This document shows, one piece after another, positions 8,385 through 18,320 of a stretch of DNA of 64,000 nucleotides (position 1 is its first letter; each line of letters begins with the position of its first letter). Source of the DNA: Lachnospiraceae bacterium UBA4631 (GTDB taxonomy: Bacteria; Bacillota; Clostridia; Lachnospirales; Lachnospiraceae); the NCBI GenBank assembly GCA_002406015.1, contig DHMX01000023.1, positions 238,233-302,232 of the forward strand. The letters run 5' to 3'. Both the position numbers and the translations under genes were made by a program. The notes under the pieces were generated by a model, which did no database searches, was not told where the DNA came from, and was given only the letters and a program-made list of their open reading frames with translations.

Positions 8385-8447
8385 TGTTCATTCATCCTCT
8401 CTGTTTATCCATAAATATCTGTATATATCTGTGTGATTTCAGTTACA

Positions 8448-9242
8448 TCATCCGCATGACAAACCACCGTCCACAACAATAGAAGCCCCATTAATGAATT
8501 TTGCTTCGTCACTTGCCAGAAATAAAACCGCTCTTGAAATATCCGTTACCTCACCGCTTACGATGTGAGGGTCAAGGGATGCCAGAATGCGTTCTCTGCC
8601 AAATTCACTTTCCTCATAAAATGTACTGGACATATGCGTTTTGATTACACCCGGACATACCATATTGCTTCGGATTCCCTTGTGCATATATGCCCATGCC
8701 GTATGCTCACACAACCCGACAAGACCATGCTTTGCAACCGTATAGGCAACACTGGAACGCCCGCTTTTCAGTCCGGCAACCGATGCAATGGTAACGATAT
8801 TTCCGCCGCTTTCCTGTTCAAGCATCCGCTTAACCGCTTCCCGTATGGCGTACATCGGTCCGGTAAGGTCAACTGCAAGGATACGTTCCCAATCCTCATT
8901 TTCTGTTTCCGTAATCGGCTCGCTTCGTCCGGCAATTCCGGCATTATTTACCAGAATATCGATTTTTCCGGTCTTCTGTACGGCAAGCTCTATCATTTTT
9001 TCATTGGTTTCCTGCTTAGAAACATCTCCCACAAATGGAAGAAAACGAGAAACCAGTTCTTCATCATAATTTTGTTTGAGTTCAGCCTGATATGCCTTCA
9101 AAGTTGCCGCATTGATTTCTACGGCAACAACCGTCGCACCTGCCTTCAGAAAATCAAGTGTAATCTGTTTCCCCATTCCGGCACCGGCACCTGTCACAAC
9201 AACGCTTTTATGTTCAAATTGTAATATATGCTCTGTACTCAT
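8448..9242 (-). CDS. SDR-family oxidoreductase (classical short-chain dehydrogenase/reductase)
   Basis: VVVTGAGAGMGKQ cofactor motif, NNAG, and YTVAKHG (YxxxK catalytic motif). RBS GGGAGG 6 nt upstream. It lies 18 nt after the LanC-like stop. Confidence 0.9.
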   Translation of the reverse strand: MSTEHILQFEHKSVVVTGAGAGMGKQITLDFLKAGATVVAVEINAATLKAYQAELKQNYDEELVSRFLPFVGDVSKQETNEKMIELAVQKTGKIDILVNNAGIAGRSEPITETENEDWERILAVDLTGPMYAIREAVKRMLEQESGGNIVTIASVAGLKSGRSSVAYTVAKHGLVGLCEHTAWAYMHKGIRSNMVCPGVIKTHMSSTFYEESEFGRERILASLDPHIVSGEVTDISRAVLFLASDEAKFINGASIVVDGGLSCG

Positions 9243-9260
9243 ATGACACCTCCCATGTTG

Positions 9261-10622
9261 TTAGTTGTTCTGCTTTGTATCCAAAAATTCAAAAATCGGT
9301 GAGATTTTTGTTCCGGTCAATGCTCCATACAAGGTAAGCAATGCACTGGCGGCACCGGCACTTCCCATATACAGTCCGATGTGGGCATCTACATTCCATG
9401 GGATAACTCTGGTCCATGCATTGTACCATCTGGTTCCTTCGTTATTCTTATATGCATCGCCAACCAGCTTGTCGGCAACCCCGACTGCCGTTTTTTTGTA
9501 GTCCTCTTTTCCGGTTAATTGAATACCATCCACAAAGTGTAATAAAACACCGGCAGAACCGCAGCAAATACAATCATTCCAATATCCCGGTGAGCGTTTA
9601 TAGGTAACGCCTGCGGCTCTAAGGGCATTTGAAAGCCGTTCATAGAATTGTAAGTATTTTTTCTCCTTTGTTGCCTTGTATAGCTCCTTGGCAACAATTC
9701 CGTCTCCGGCAGGTCCGTGGCAGATGCTTAAATAGAAGACATCAAAGGTATCACTGCTGTCCGGCAAATACAGATACGGTACAATAGATGCATCCTCCGT
9801 ATTAATTGCGATATTAATAAGAAAATCAAAGCCTCTTTTGGCAATATCCAAATATTTCACATCACCGGTTGCCTCATAATATTTTGTCAGCAGATACACG
9901 ATTCCGGCAGTTCCATGGGCAAAATTAGGAAGAATGCCGCCTTCTGGAAGCTCTGGAAAATAATCATGAATATCAAAGAACTTCCAATAAGAAGTGCCGT
10001 CCGGAAGGTCTGTTTGAAATGTCAGAATATAATCCAGTAGCTGCTTTGCATAGCTTATGTACTTTGTATCGCCTGTGATGCCGGAAAGGTACAACCAGTA
10101 TGCTGCCGTACTTCCGTCACCCATGTAGTCGACAAATCCATCCCAATGAAGAAATCCGTTTTCCTTGACTGCTTTCTCATAGGCTATATCTGCAACCTTA
10201 ATTGCATAATCCCGATATTTGGCTTCTCCGGTTTTTTCAAATAATGCCTCTGCAAAAAAGCCTTCTCCGGTAATGCCGCCGTGGATTCCTGGTTTCACTC
10301 CAAGGTCATCATGAAATGAGTCCAGCAGATATTCCGCAGCCTGAACCGCTTCCTCAAAATACTTCTTTTCTCCGGTTGCTTCAAATAACTGTAAATAAAA
10401 ATATCCGACACCCGCAGCTCCGGAATAGATACTCCGGTCTGTCATTTTCTGAGCCAGCTCATCACCGTCTCCTTGTCCGGCACCACTGCTTATTTTCCAG
10501 CTTTTTCCGACCGACTTTTTTACTTCATATGCCTGTAACCATTTTGCAACATCAATTGCAACCTTCAAATAATCCTCCGGGGTATTTTGTTTATAAATAC
10601 TGATTAATTTATGCTCTGCCAT
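9261..10622 (-). CDS. Stand-alone LanC-like (lanthionine synthetase C-like) protein
   Basis: Repeated Gx(A/H)G barrel motifs: SGAAGVGYFY, NFAHGTAGIVY, SICHGPAGDG, CICCGSAGVL, YMGSAGAA. The start is placed at the second ATG (MAEHK), 9 nt after AAAGGAG; the track ORF starts at 10631. Confidence 0.7.
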   Translation of the reverse strand: MAEHKLISIYKQNTPEDYLKVAIDVAKWLQAYEVKKSVGKSWKISSGAGQGDGDELAQKMTDRSIYSGAAGVGYFYLQLFEATGEKKYFEEAVQAAEYLLDSFHDDLGVKPGIHGGITGEGFFAEALFEKTGEAKYRDYAIKVADIAYEKAVKENGFLHWDGFVDYMGDGSTAAYWLYLSGITGDTKYISYAKQLLDYILTFQTDLPDGTSYWKFFDIHDYFPELPEGGILPNFAHGTAGIVYLLTKYYEATGDVKYLDIAKRGFDFLINIAINTEDASIVPYLYLPDSSDTFDVFYLSICHGPAGDGIVAKELYKATKEKKYLQFYERLSNALRAAGVTYKRSPGYWNDCICCGSAGVLLHFVDGIQLTGKEDYKKTAVGVADKLVGDAYKNNEGTRWYNAWTRVIPWNVDAHIGLYMGSAGAASALLTLYGALTGTKISPIFEFLDTKQNN

Positions 10623-10797
10623 TTCACACATCTCCTTTTGTAAACGCTAACTTTATAACCTTGTTTTCATACTGAATTAATAGGGATTTGACTTGAAATC
10701 AGTATACAACCATGCATTTATTTTGTATAATCAATATATCCGATAGCGGATTATAGGAAAAAACTATAGCAGCCAGTATCAAAAGGAGGGGCATATT

Positions 10798-11853
10798 ATG
10801 GCAAAACGAAAAACGTTACCAAAGGACTTTGAACAATTAGTAAAGACTGGAAATGAACCGGACATTAAAAAAGTATTTGATAAATGTGACATTAATGCAT
10901 ACGGAGGGTATAACAAGGGAAATGCGTTTGAGTTTCTTATATCCGAAAGTATGATGCGATGGCTTTTGGAGCAGGGAGCAGACATTAATTATGTGGACAC
11001 ATATGGTTATACACCTTTGTTGTATCATGCAGGACACAAATATGCAGAAGAACAGGCAATTCAGTTGGTGAAACTCAATGCAGATATTTCAGCAACAGAG
11101 GTCTGGAATCATGAAACCGTTTTACATAGAGCTGTGTCTACAGGAAGTCTGAATCTGGTAAAGTGTCTTTTAGAGGCTGGAGCAGATGTGGGTGTAACGG
11201 ATGCAAATGGAAATACTCCGCTGGAATGTGCATTTCGAAATGCAATGACATTTGACTTGATTAAGTTGGAACCGGTTACGGTTTATTTGTTGTCACAGGG
11301 AATACCGGTAACAGAAAAATTACAGGGCTATATGCAGAAGGTTGCAGAGGATATTGAGTTTAGAAGAAAAGACCTGAATCCGGAAAATATAGAGGAACTG
11401 GATTGTGTAATGAAGCATTTATATGAGCTTTTGCATGTGAAACCGGTTCCGAGGCGGACATTGTTTGACGGAACAAGTGAAATTGAGATTCACGCAAAGA
11501 GCTGGCAGAAGCAACACAGTGAATTATGGAATTTGCTGGTGCCAGGCTCCGGTCATGCCGGAACCGTACAGGGAGAAGTTATACGAATTTCCGGAAAACT
11601 GGGGTATGAGCTGTTAGATAACGGAGGCATTAACTGGGATGCCGATTATGAAGAGTTAGCAAATGCGTTGTATAAGTATGTCTGCATGGGAACACCATTA
11701 TCATCCGATGAAGAGGAAGAGGTCCGCCACATAATTAAAATCATAAAAAATGCAGATGAAGATACCATAAATCGATTGACAGAGTTATCCGTAAAATGGG
11801 TGACGCTGAACCGAACTCCGATTAAAATCACGAAGGTAAATTACAGCAGATAA
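10798..11853 (+). CDS. Ankyrin-repeat protein
   Basis: GYTPLLYHAG...VLHRAVSTGSLNLVKCLLEAGADVGVTDANGNTPLECAF matches the ANK consensus (TPLH.A...G....V..LL..GAD.N..D..G.TPL). Confidence 0.8.
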   Translation: MAKRKTLPKDFEQLVKTGNEPDIKKVFDKCDINAYGGYNKGNAFEFLISESMMRWLLEQGADINYVDTYGYTPLLYHAGHKYAEEQAIQLVKLNADISATEVWNHETVLHRAVSTGSLNLVKCLLEAGADVGVTDANGNTPLECAFRNAMTFDLIKLEPVTVYLLSQGIPVTEKLQGYMQKVAEDIEFRRKDLNPENIEELDCVMKHLYELLHVKPVPRRTLFDGTSEIEIHAKSWQKQHSELWNLLVPGSGHAGTVQGEVIRISGKLGYELLDNGGINWDADYEELANALYKYVCMGTPLSSDEEEEVRHIIKIIKNADEDTINRLTELSVKWVTLNRTPIKITKVNYSR

Positions 11854-12000
11854 GTGTTAGAAGAGGGTATAATGTAACCAGAATGTAGCTATCAAGAATG
11901 TAAGGAAAACGTAAGAAATGTGATGCAGTTTTGATGCCGGTTTGTTACAATTCGGATGAATACTTTTGATACCTTGAAATCATAAGCAGGGGTGTGAAAA

Positions 12001-12825
12001 ATGGGAAGAAAAAGAACGCATTTTATCAGTCAATTACATAAAGATATAGAAGAAAAATGGATGGCAGAGCTGATAGCGGGTGTTTTGATTATTCTGTTGG
12101 TGGTTGCCTCCTTTTTAAACGGTCATGCGGGCTGGGAGTCTATGTGTCCCATTGTCGTTGTAAACGGTTGTGAGGTGCAGACACCGGAGGAGCGTCTGTT
12201 GACAGAGCTGAATCTGGCGGTAGACAGTTACATAAATGTCGGACAAATGATTAAAACGGCACCGTACTATACGAATGAAACCGCCTTGGCTACGGTAATG
12301 CAGTATGATGCGGTAATTGAGGCAGCAGCGGAAAAATATGGAGTCGATAAAGCCATGGTACAGTCTGTGCTGTTTCAGGAGCTTCGGTTCTATGGAATGG
12401 AGGACCCGGTAGCAGATTTGTATGTGCGTGCCTCTTATCAGTACGGACATCGGCAGGAGGAGCATGGAAAACCGCAGAATATGTCACTTTGCCGGCTGGA
12501 TTCTTCAACCGGTATGGGACAGGTGTTTGCAAAGACCGCAATAAAGGCACATAACTGGAAATACAATACAGCTTACAATCCGGATAATTGGGAGGATTTG
12601 GAATTGTTCTGGATGTATTTGCAGGAGGAGGAACAAAATATAGATACGGTAGCATTGGTATTGGCACATACCATGAGTGAACAGGAGGTCAGCGGGGAGC
12701 TGTCATTGGCGGAAACCGAGGCAGTGATGGCAAGATATAACGGTACGGGAGTCTGGGCGGCAAAATACGGTCAGGTTACGATACAGTATTATCAGGCATT
12801 TGTGGAATATAATCAAATGGATTGA
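12001..12825 (+). CDS. Membrane-anchored protein with a possible lytic transglycosylase (SLT-like) domain
   Basis: N-terminal TM helix. AAAEKYGVDKAMVQSVLFQELRF...SSTGMGQVFAKTAIKAHN loosely resembles the SLT E-S...GLMQ pattern. Weak call. Confidence 0.35.
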   Translation: MGRKRTHFISQLHKDIEEKWMAELIAGVLIILLVVASFLNGHAGWESMCPIVVVNGCEVQTPEERLLTELNLAVDSYINVGQMIKTAPYYTNETALATVMQYDAVIEAAAEKYGVDKAMVQSVLFQELRFYGMEDPVADLYVRASYQYGHRQEEHGKPQNMSLCRLDSSTGMGQVFAKTAIKAHNWKYNTAYNPDNWEDLELFWMYLQEEEQNIDTVALVLAHTMSEQEVSGELSLAETEAVMARYNGTGVWAAKYGQVTIQYYQAFVEYNQMD

Positions 12826-12879
12826 CGAAAGCACAAAATTCGATTATGATTAACGTTAGCGTTTTACAGGAGAAATAAC

Positions 12880-14253
12880 ATGAATAATCGAAATGAAATT
12901 TATAAGAAGGCTCTGCTTCTTGCAGTTCCTATGATGGTTCAGAACGGAATTACGAATGCGGTAAGTCTGGTCGATAACCTGATGGTAGGCAGATTGGGAA
13001 CAGAGAGTATGACGGCTGTCTCCATTGTGGGACAGTTGATTTTTGTTTTTAACTTAGCTATATTTGGTGGACTTTCCGGACCCGGAATTTATGGAGCACA
13101 GTATTACGGACAAGGAAATATAAAAGGCTTCCAGAATATTTTCCGTTTAAAGTTCTGGATATGCCTGCTGTGTACGCTGGTGGGAATGCTTATCTTTATA
13201 TTTGGCGGTACATCCCTAATCGGCTTATATCTGCATGGAACAACCGGAGATATTAATCCGGACGCAACCTTGCAATATGGTTTGGAATACCTTCATATCA
13301 TGTTAATCGGATTGCTCCCGTTTGCAGTTACGCAGATATATGCGAGCAGCCTCCGGGAAACAGGAGAGAGCTTTAAGCCAATGGTTGCCGGCATTATATC
13401 GGTGCTGGTGGACGTGGTCTTTAACTATTTTCTGATATATGGAACCTTTGGCTTCCCAAGACTGGAGGTTCGGGGGGCGGCAATTGCAACGGTACTTGCC
13501 AGATTTGTAGAAATGTCGGTTGTTGTAATATGGTCGCATGCAAAAAGAAAGGAACACACATTTTTAAAAGGTATTTACCGGACACTATGGGTGCCGCTGC
13601 ATGAAATGCAGGTGGTAATCCGAAAGGGAATCCCTATTTTCTTAAACGAATTTTTATGGGCAGGCGGCATGGCGGCATTAACCCAGTGCTATTCCATTCG
13701 CGGACTTCAGATAGTTGCGGGACTGAATATATCAAATGCAATCTGTAATCTTTTAAATGTGGTATTTGTAGCCATGGGAAATGCAGTCGGTATCATTATC
13801 GGGCAATATCTGGGAGCGTCAAAGTTTGATGAGGCAAAGAAAAACTCCATGCGGCTGATGTGGTTTACCGGTGCGATGTGTCTGTTGCTGACAGGGATTT
13901 TAGTTCTATGTGCAAAAGGCTTTCCACTTCTGTATGATACAACAGCAGAGGTTCAGAATCTCGGACGATGGTTCATTGTAATTACGGCATTGTTTTTCCC
14001 GTTGCAGGGATTCTTAAATGTACTGTATTTTACATTACGCTCCGGCGGAAAAACCGGAATCACGTTTTTGTTTGACAGCGTATTTACATGGGTGATACCG
14101 GTGCCGATGGCATTTCTGTTATCATCCTTTACGGCACTGCCGATTCTGGGCGTGTATGCAATTGTGCAGAGTGCAGATATGATTAAGGTAATTGTTGGAT
14201 ACATTCTGGTAAAGAAGGGTGTCTGGATTACGAATCTGGTAGATGCAGAATAG
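12880..14253 (+). CDS. MATE-family efflux transporter (second copy)
   Basis: 457 aa polytopic protein. ALLLAVPMMVQNGITNAVSLVDNLMVGRLGTESMTAVSIVGQ is a typical MATE N-terminus. Confidence 0.9.
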   Translation: MNNRNEIYKKALLLAVPMMVQNGITNAVSLVDNLMVGRLGTESMTAVSIVGQLIFVFNLAIFGGLSGPGIYGAQYYGQGNIKGFQNIFRLKFWICLLCTLVGMLIFIFGGTSLIGLYLHGTTGDINPDATLQYGLEYLHIMLIGLLPFAVTQIYASSLRETGESFKPMVAGIISVLVDVVFNYFLIYGTFGFPRLEVRGAAIATVLARFVEMSVVVIWSHAKRKEHTFLKGIYRTLWVPLHEMQVVIRKGIPIFLNEFLWAGGMAALTQCYSIRGLQIVAGLNISNAICNLLNVVFVAMGNAVGIIIGQYLGASKFDEAKKNSMRLMWFTGAMCLLLTGILVLCAKGFPLLYDTTAEVQNLGRWFIVITALFFPLQGFLNVLYFTLRSGGKTGITFLFDSVFTWVIPVPMAFLLSSFTALPILGVYAIVQSADMIKVIVGYILVKKGVWITNLVDAE

Positions 14254-14375
14254 ATAAATAATATAGAAACAATAGCAATCGTAAAAATCAAGATAAGCTA
14301 TAGTAAAAATCTATAGCAGGTCATAGGTATAACGTATTTTTCAAATTCCTAGTAAAACAGTATAATATATCCGAG

Positions 14376-15098
14376 GTGATGAAATTGAAACAGATATTAT
14401 GCTTTGGAGATTCAAATACATATGGTTATATTCCGGAGAGTGGAAAACGGTATCCTTGGGGAGTCCGTTGGACCAGTTTGCTGAATGAAAAATTAGGCGT
14501 TGACAAATATCATATTATAGAAGAAGGACTGTGCGGAAGAACGACAGTGTATGAGGACGCAGTTCGGGAAAACCGCAACGGAAGTAAACTGTTTCCGGCT
14601 GTGTTAGAGACAGCAGGAGCCACAGATTTGATTATTCTGATGCTGGGAACTAATGACTGCAAGCAGGTATACCACGCTTCTGCAAAGGAAATTGGGGAAG
14701 GAATCCGTACATTGCTCCGGCAGGCACATAGATACGCAGAGCATACACCGGTTTTGCTGGTGTCACCGATTCATTTGGGAAGCCGGGTATGGGAAGACGG
14801 CTATGACCCGGAATTTTCGAAGGAATCGGTTCAGGTATCCAAAGAGCTGGAAGCCGTATATCAGGGCATTGCAAAGGAAGAGGGTGCGTATTTTCTGGCA
14901 GCATCCCGGTATGCACACGCCAGTTCCGTAGACGAGGAGCATTTAAATGAAGCCGGACACCGCTTGCTGGCAGATGCGATTTATAGTAAAGTAATAGATA
15001 TATTGCAGCCGGATTTGACAATCTGCCGGCTGTGGGAATATCTGGAGGAAATACAGGATGAAGAACGACAGGAGAAAAGAAGGCGAAAAGTGGTATAA
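14376..15098 (+). CDS. SGNH/GDSL-family hydrolase
   Basis: ILCFGDSNTYGY (block I, catalytic Ser), GTNDC (block III) and a DEEHLNEAGH-type block V. The likely true start is TTG 14385, 8 nt after GAGG. Confidence 0.85.
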   Translation: MMKLKQILCFGDSNTYGYIPESGKRYPWGVRWTSLLNEKLGVDKYHIIEEGLCGRTTVYEDAVRENRNGSKLFPAVLETAGATDLIILMLGTNDCKQVYHASAKEIGEGIRTLLRQAHRYAEHTPVLLVSPIHLGSRVWEDGYDPEFSKESVQVSKELEAVYQGIAKEEGAYFLAASRYAHASSVDEEHLNEAGHRLLADAIYSKVIDILQPDLTICRLWEYLEEIQDEERQEKRRRKVV

Positions 15099-15810
15099 GG
15101 AGCCGACCATTCGAATTGCGTTGCAAAAGGCACTGCCGATTATGGGAAGTTATTTCTTTGTCAGCATGGCATATGGTCTGGTGATGCAGGAGGCAGGATT
15201 TTCGTGGCTTTGGTCCTTTCTAATCAGCCTGACGATATATACAGGTGCGTATCAATTTGTACTGGTTACACTGTTGAGTACGGGAGCTTCTGTGGTAACC
15301 ATTGCTCTGACTGCACTGCTGATGAACAGCAGGCAGTTTTTTTATGGTCTCACCTTTGTGGAGGATTTTCGGACAATGGGGAAGCGGTATCCGTACATGG
15401 TAGCTACGATGACGGATGAAACCTATGCTGTAAATTGTGCAATGCTGGCAACCACGGGAGCATTATCGGAGGATAATCGGAAAACGATTATGTTCTATGT
15501 AGCTGTATTTTGTAAAAGCTCCTGGTTAATCGGTTCGGTTCTCGGCGGAATTGCAGGACAATTGGTGCCGGTACAATTAGAAGGAATTGATTTTTGCATG
15601 ACGGCATTATTTGTAACGATATTAATTGACCAGTGGAAAGCAAGCCGGATTCATTTGCCGGCAATACTGGGGGCTGGCTGTGGAATTGGTCTGTTGCTGC
15701 TGGTAGGAGCGGACCGGTTTATGCTTCCTGCACTTTTACTGGTAGCCGGATTGTTGTTATTGTTTGAATCCAGAATAAAAAAAGCAGAGGGAGGAAATGC
15801 ACATGAATGA
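15058..15810 (+). CDS. azlC: AzlC-family branched-chain amino acid exporter subunit
   Basis: ALPIMGSYFFVSMAYGLVMQEAGFSWLWSFLISLTIYTGAYQFV is typical of AzlC. It overlaps the upstream gene by 41 nt and the azlD-like gene by 14 nt. Confidence 0.8.
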   Translation: MKNDRRKEGEKWYKEPTIRIALQKALPIMGSYFFVSMAYGLVMQEAGFSWLWSFLISLTIYTGAYQFVLVTLLSTGASVVTIALTALLMNSRQFFYGLTFVEDFRTMGKRYPYMVATMTDETYAVNCAMLATTGALSEDNRKTIMFYVAVFCKSSWLIGSVLGGIAGQLVPVQLEGIDFCMTALFVTILIDQWKASRIHLPAILGAGCGIGLLLLVGADRFMLPALLLVAGLLLLFESRIKKAEGGNAHE

Positions 15811-16123
15811 AAAAATGTGTCTGGTCGGAATCCTGGCGGCTGCGTTATGTACATTGCTGATGCGGGCATTACCGTTTACCCTGCTTGGAAAGAAGAAAGA
15901 GATACCCCCTAAGATTCAATATCTGGGACGAATACTGCCACCTGCAATCATGGCGGTATTGGTAATCTATTGCCTGCGGGATGTAACCACAGACCTAATG
16001 GGAAACGGAATCCGGGAGCTGGCGGCAGTCGGTGTCTGTGTCGGTGTGCATCTATGGAAAAAGAATACATTAATCAGTATTTTTGCCAGCACAGCCGTAT
16101 ATATGCTGTTAAAACTTTTCTAA
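15797..16123 (+). CDS. azlD: AzlD-family branched-chain amino acid transport protein
   Basis: 108-aa hydrophobic protein immediately downstream of, and overlapping, azlC. Confidence 0.7.
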   Translation: MHMNEKMCLVGILAAALCTLLMRALPFTLLGKKKEIPPKIQYLGRILPPAIMAVLVIYCLRDVTTDLMGNGIRELAAVGVCVGVHLWKKNTLISIFASTAVYMLLKLF

Positions 16124-16148
16124 TATATAGGAAGAGGGAGACAAAAAA

Positions 16149-17054
16149 ATGCAGTACGATGATTTGACAAAATGTACCCGCTGCCCCAGAGCCTGCGGTG
16201 TGAACCGAAGTGAGGGCAGGGCAGGGGTCTGCGGAGTGACGGGAACAACCATATATCTTGCAAGGGCGGCACTTCATATGTGGGAGGAGCCTTGCATAAC
16301 AGGAAACACAGGCTCCGGCACTGTGTTCTTTTCCGGTTGCCCGCTTCGCTGCATTTATTGTCAGAATTACGAAATCGCACAAGGAGAAACCGGAAAGGCT
16401 GTCACATGGGAGCGGCTGGCAGAAATATTTCTGGAATTACAGGAAAAGAAAGCGGAAAATATCAATCTGGTAACTCCTACGCATTATACACCGGAGATTA
16501 TTCAGGCAGTTACCCTTGCCAGAAAGCAGGGACTTTATCTGCCGATTGTATATAATTGCAGCGGCTATGAAGCTGTGGATATGCTTCGCAGGCTGGAAGG
16601 AATCGTGGATATTTATTTGACAGACTTTAAGTATATGGAACCGGAACTGGCAAAAATGTATTCCAATGCGGGCGATTATCCCGAAGTTGCCAAAGAAGCC
16701 TTGCGGGAAATGGTGAGACAGCAGGAAGCACCCGTTTTTTCAGCAGATGGCAGGCTGAAAAGCGGTGTGGTGGTTCGACATTTACTGCTTCCGAATCATG
16801 TTAAAAATGCAAAGGCTGTAGTGAAATATGTATATGAAACCTATGGTAATCAGGTGTATATAAGTCTGTTGAATCAATATACACCGCTGCCGCAGGTGGC
16901 AGATATTCCGGAACTGAATCGGAGGGTTACAAAACGGGAATATGAAAGGCTCGTTTCCTATGCATTGAATCTGGGCTTAGAGCAGGGCTTCATTCAGGAG
17001 GGGGATGTTGCAAAAGAAAGCTTTATTCCGTCATTTAAAAATGAAGGACTATAG
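16149..17054 (+). CDS. Radical SAM protein, PflX-like (COG1313, PFL-activase homolog)
   Basis: CPRACGVNR...GVCG N-terminal Cys cluster plus the CPLRCIYCQN radical-SAM CxxxCxxC motif. Confidence 0.85.
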   Translation: MQYDDLTKCTRCPRACGVNRSEGRAGVCGVTGTTIYLARAALHMWEEPCITGNTGSGTVFFSGCPLRCIYCQNYEIAQGETGKAVTWERLAEIFLELQEKKAENINLVTPTHYTPEIIQAVTLARKQGLYLPIVYNCSGYEAVDMLRRLEGIVDIYLTDFKYMEPELAKMYSNAGDYPEVAKEALREMVRQQEAPVFSADGRLKSGVVVRHLLLPNHVKNAKAVVKYVYETYGNQVYISLLNQYTPLPQVADIPELNRRVTKREYERLVSYALNLGLEQGFIQEGDVAKESFIPSFKNEGL

Positions 17055-17237
17055 TAAGATTTTAAATCTGTTTTGGTGAAATTTTCGTCAGGTTATGACT
17101 TGAAAAAGAAAAAACATTTAGTGAGCTTGTGAAAATGCCTAACGGGAACGGAAAAATAAATTAAAAAGAAGAAAAAGTGCTGAAAATCTATAAAATAATT
17201 CTAAAATTGAAAAAATCTGACCAAAAGTCATTTCTGA

Positions 17238-17266
17238 TTGACAAGTAAATCTTTGGGGATTAAAAT
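17238..17266 (+). promoter_or_regulatory. Candidate sigma-A promoter of the atp operon
   Basis: TTGACA (17238-17243), a 17-nt spacer, then TAAAAT (17261-17266), about 50 nt upstream of atpB. Confidence 0.45.
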
Positions 17267-17312
17267 GCAAGCAAATTTAATAAATAGAGGTTATACAGTG
17301 AGTTAAAAGGAA

Positions 17313-18008
17313 GTGAAGCAGATGGATGCTCTTGTAGAGAGACTGATGGAAGAGCTGAACTGTGAAACTGTATTTACCATTCCGGTTTTTGGCGGAATCC
17401 CGGTATCGGAAGCGGTTGTAGTCACTTGGATTATTATGCTGGTGGTTATCGTATGCTGTAAGATTTTTGTACGGAACTTAAGCGTAGAGCATCCGAAGCA
17501 TGGACAGTTATTGTTAGAGTCGGCTGTGAGCTGGTTTTACAATTTCTTCTACGATATTTTAGGAGAGCGGGGAAAGGTATATATCCCTTACCTGATGTCT
17601 GTGGGAATCTACATAGCAATCGCAAATCTGATTGGAATCTTGGGATTTAAGCCGCCAACAAAGGATGTTAATGTTACGGCAACTCTGGCAATCATGAGTA
17701 TTCTTTTAATCGAAATCTCCGGAATCCGGCAAAAGGGTACGAAGGGATGGATTAAGAGCTTTGCAGAACCGATGCCTGTGATTTTACCGATTAACATTCT
17801 GGAAATCTTCATAAAACCGTTATCGCTATGTATGCGGTTGTTTGGTAATGTGTTAGGTTCTTTTGTCATCATGGAGCTTTTGAAAATTGTAGTGCCGCCG
17901 GTTATTCCGGCAGTATTTAGTTGCTATTTCGACATCTTTGACGGATTGATACAGGCATATGTGTTTGTATTTTTAACAGCATTATTTGTCAAAGAAGCAA
18001 CCGATTAA
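17313..18008 (+). CDS. atpB: F0F1 ATP synthase subunit a
   Basis: Polytopic protein. LSLCMRLFGNVLGSFVIMEL contains the conserved Arg of subunit a. First gene of the atp cluster. Confidence 0.9.
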   Translation: MKQMDALVERLMEELNCETVFTIPVFGGIPVSEAVVVTWIIMLVVIVCCKIFVRNLSVEHPKHGQLLLESAVSWFYNFFYDILGERGKVYIPYLMSVGIYIAIANLIGILGFKPPTKDVNVTATLAIMSILLIEISGIRQKGTKGWIKSFAEPMPVILPINILEIFIKPLSLCMRLFGNVLGSFVIMELLKIVVPPVIPAVFSCYFDIFDGLIQAYVFVFLTALFVKEATD

Positions 18009-18034
18009 TTCGGTAGAAACAGGAAGGAGAATGA

Positions 18035-18268
<234 letters not shown>

Positions 18269-18320
18269 GAGCAAAATAAGAATGAGAATAGAATGTTAGA
18301 GATAAAGGTTGGTGGTAAAT

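Noticed and set aside
8565-9224. 219-codon plus-strand ORF antisense to the SDR gene
   Set aside because: The opposite-strand SDR has unambiguous motifs (TGxxxGxG, YxxxK). The antisense translation is Cys/Phe/Arg-rich nonsense with no RBS.
17055-17312. Looked for an atpI gene or other small ORF upstream of atpB
   Set aside because: The 260-bp region has no ORF with an RBS and contains only the candidate promoter. Absence of atpI is common.
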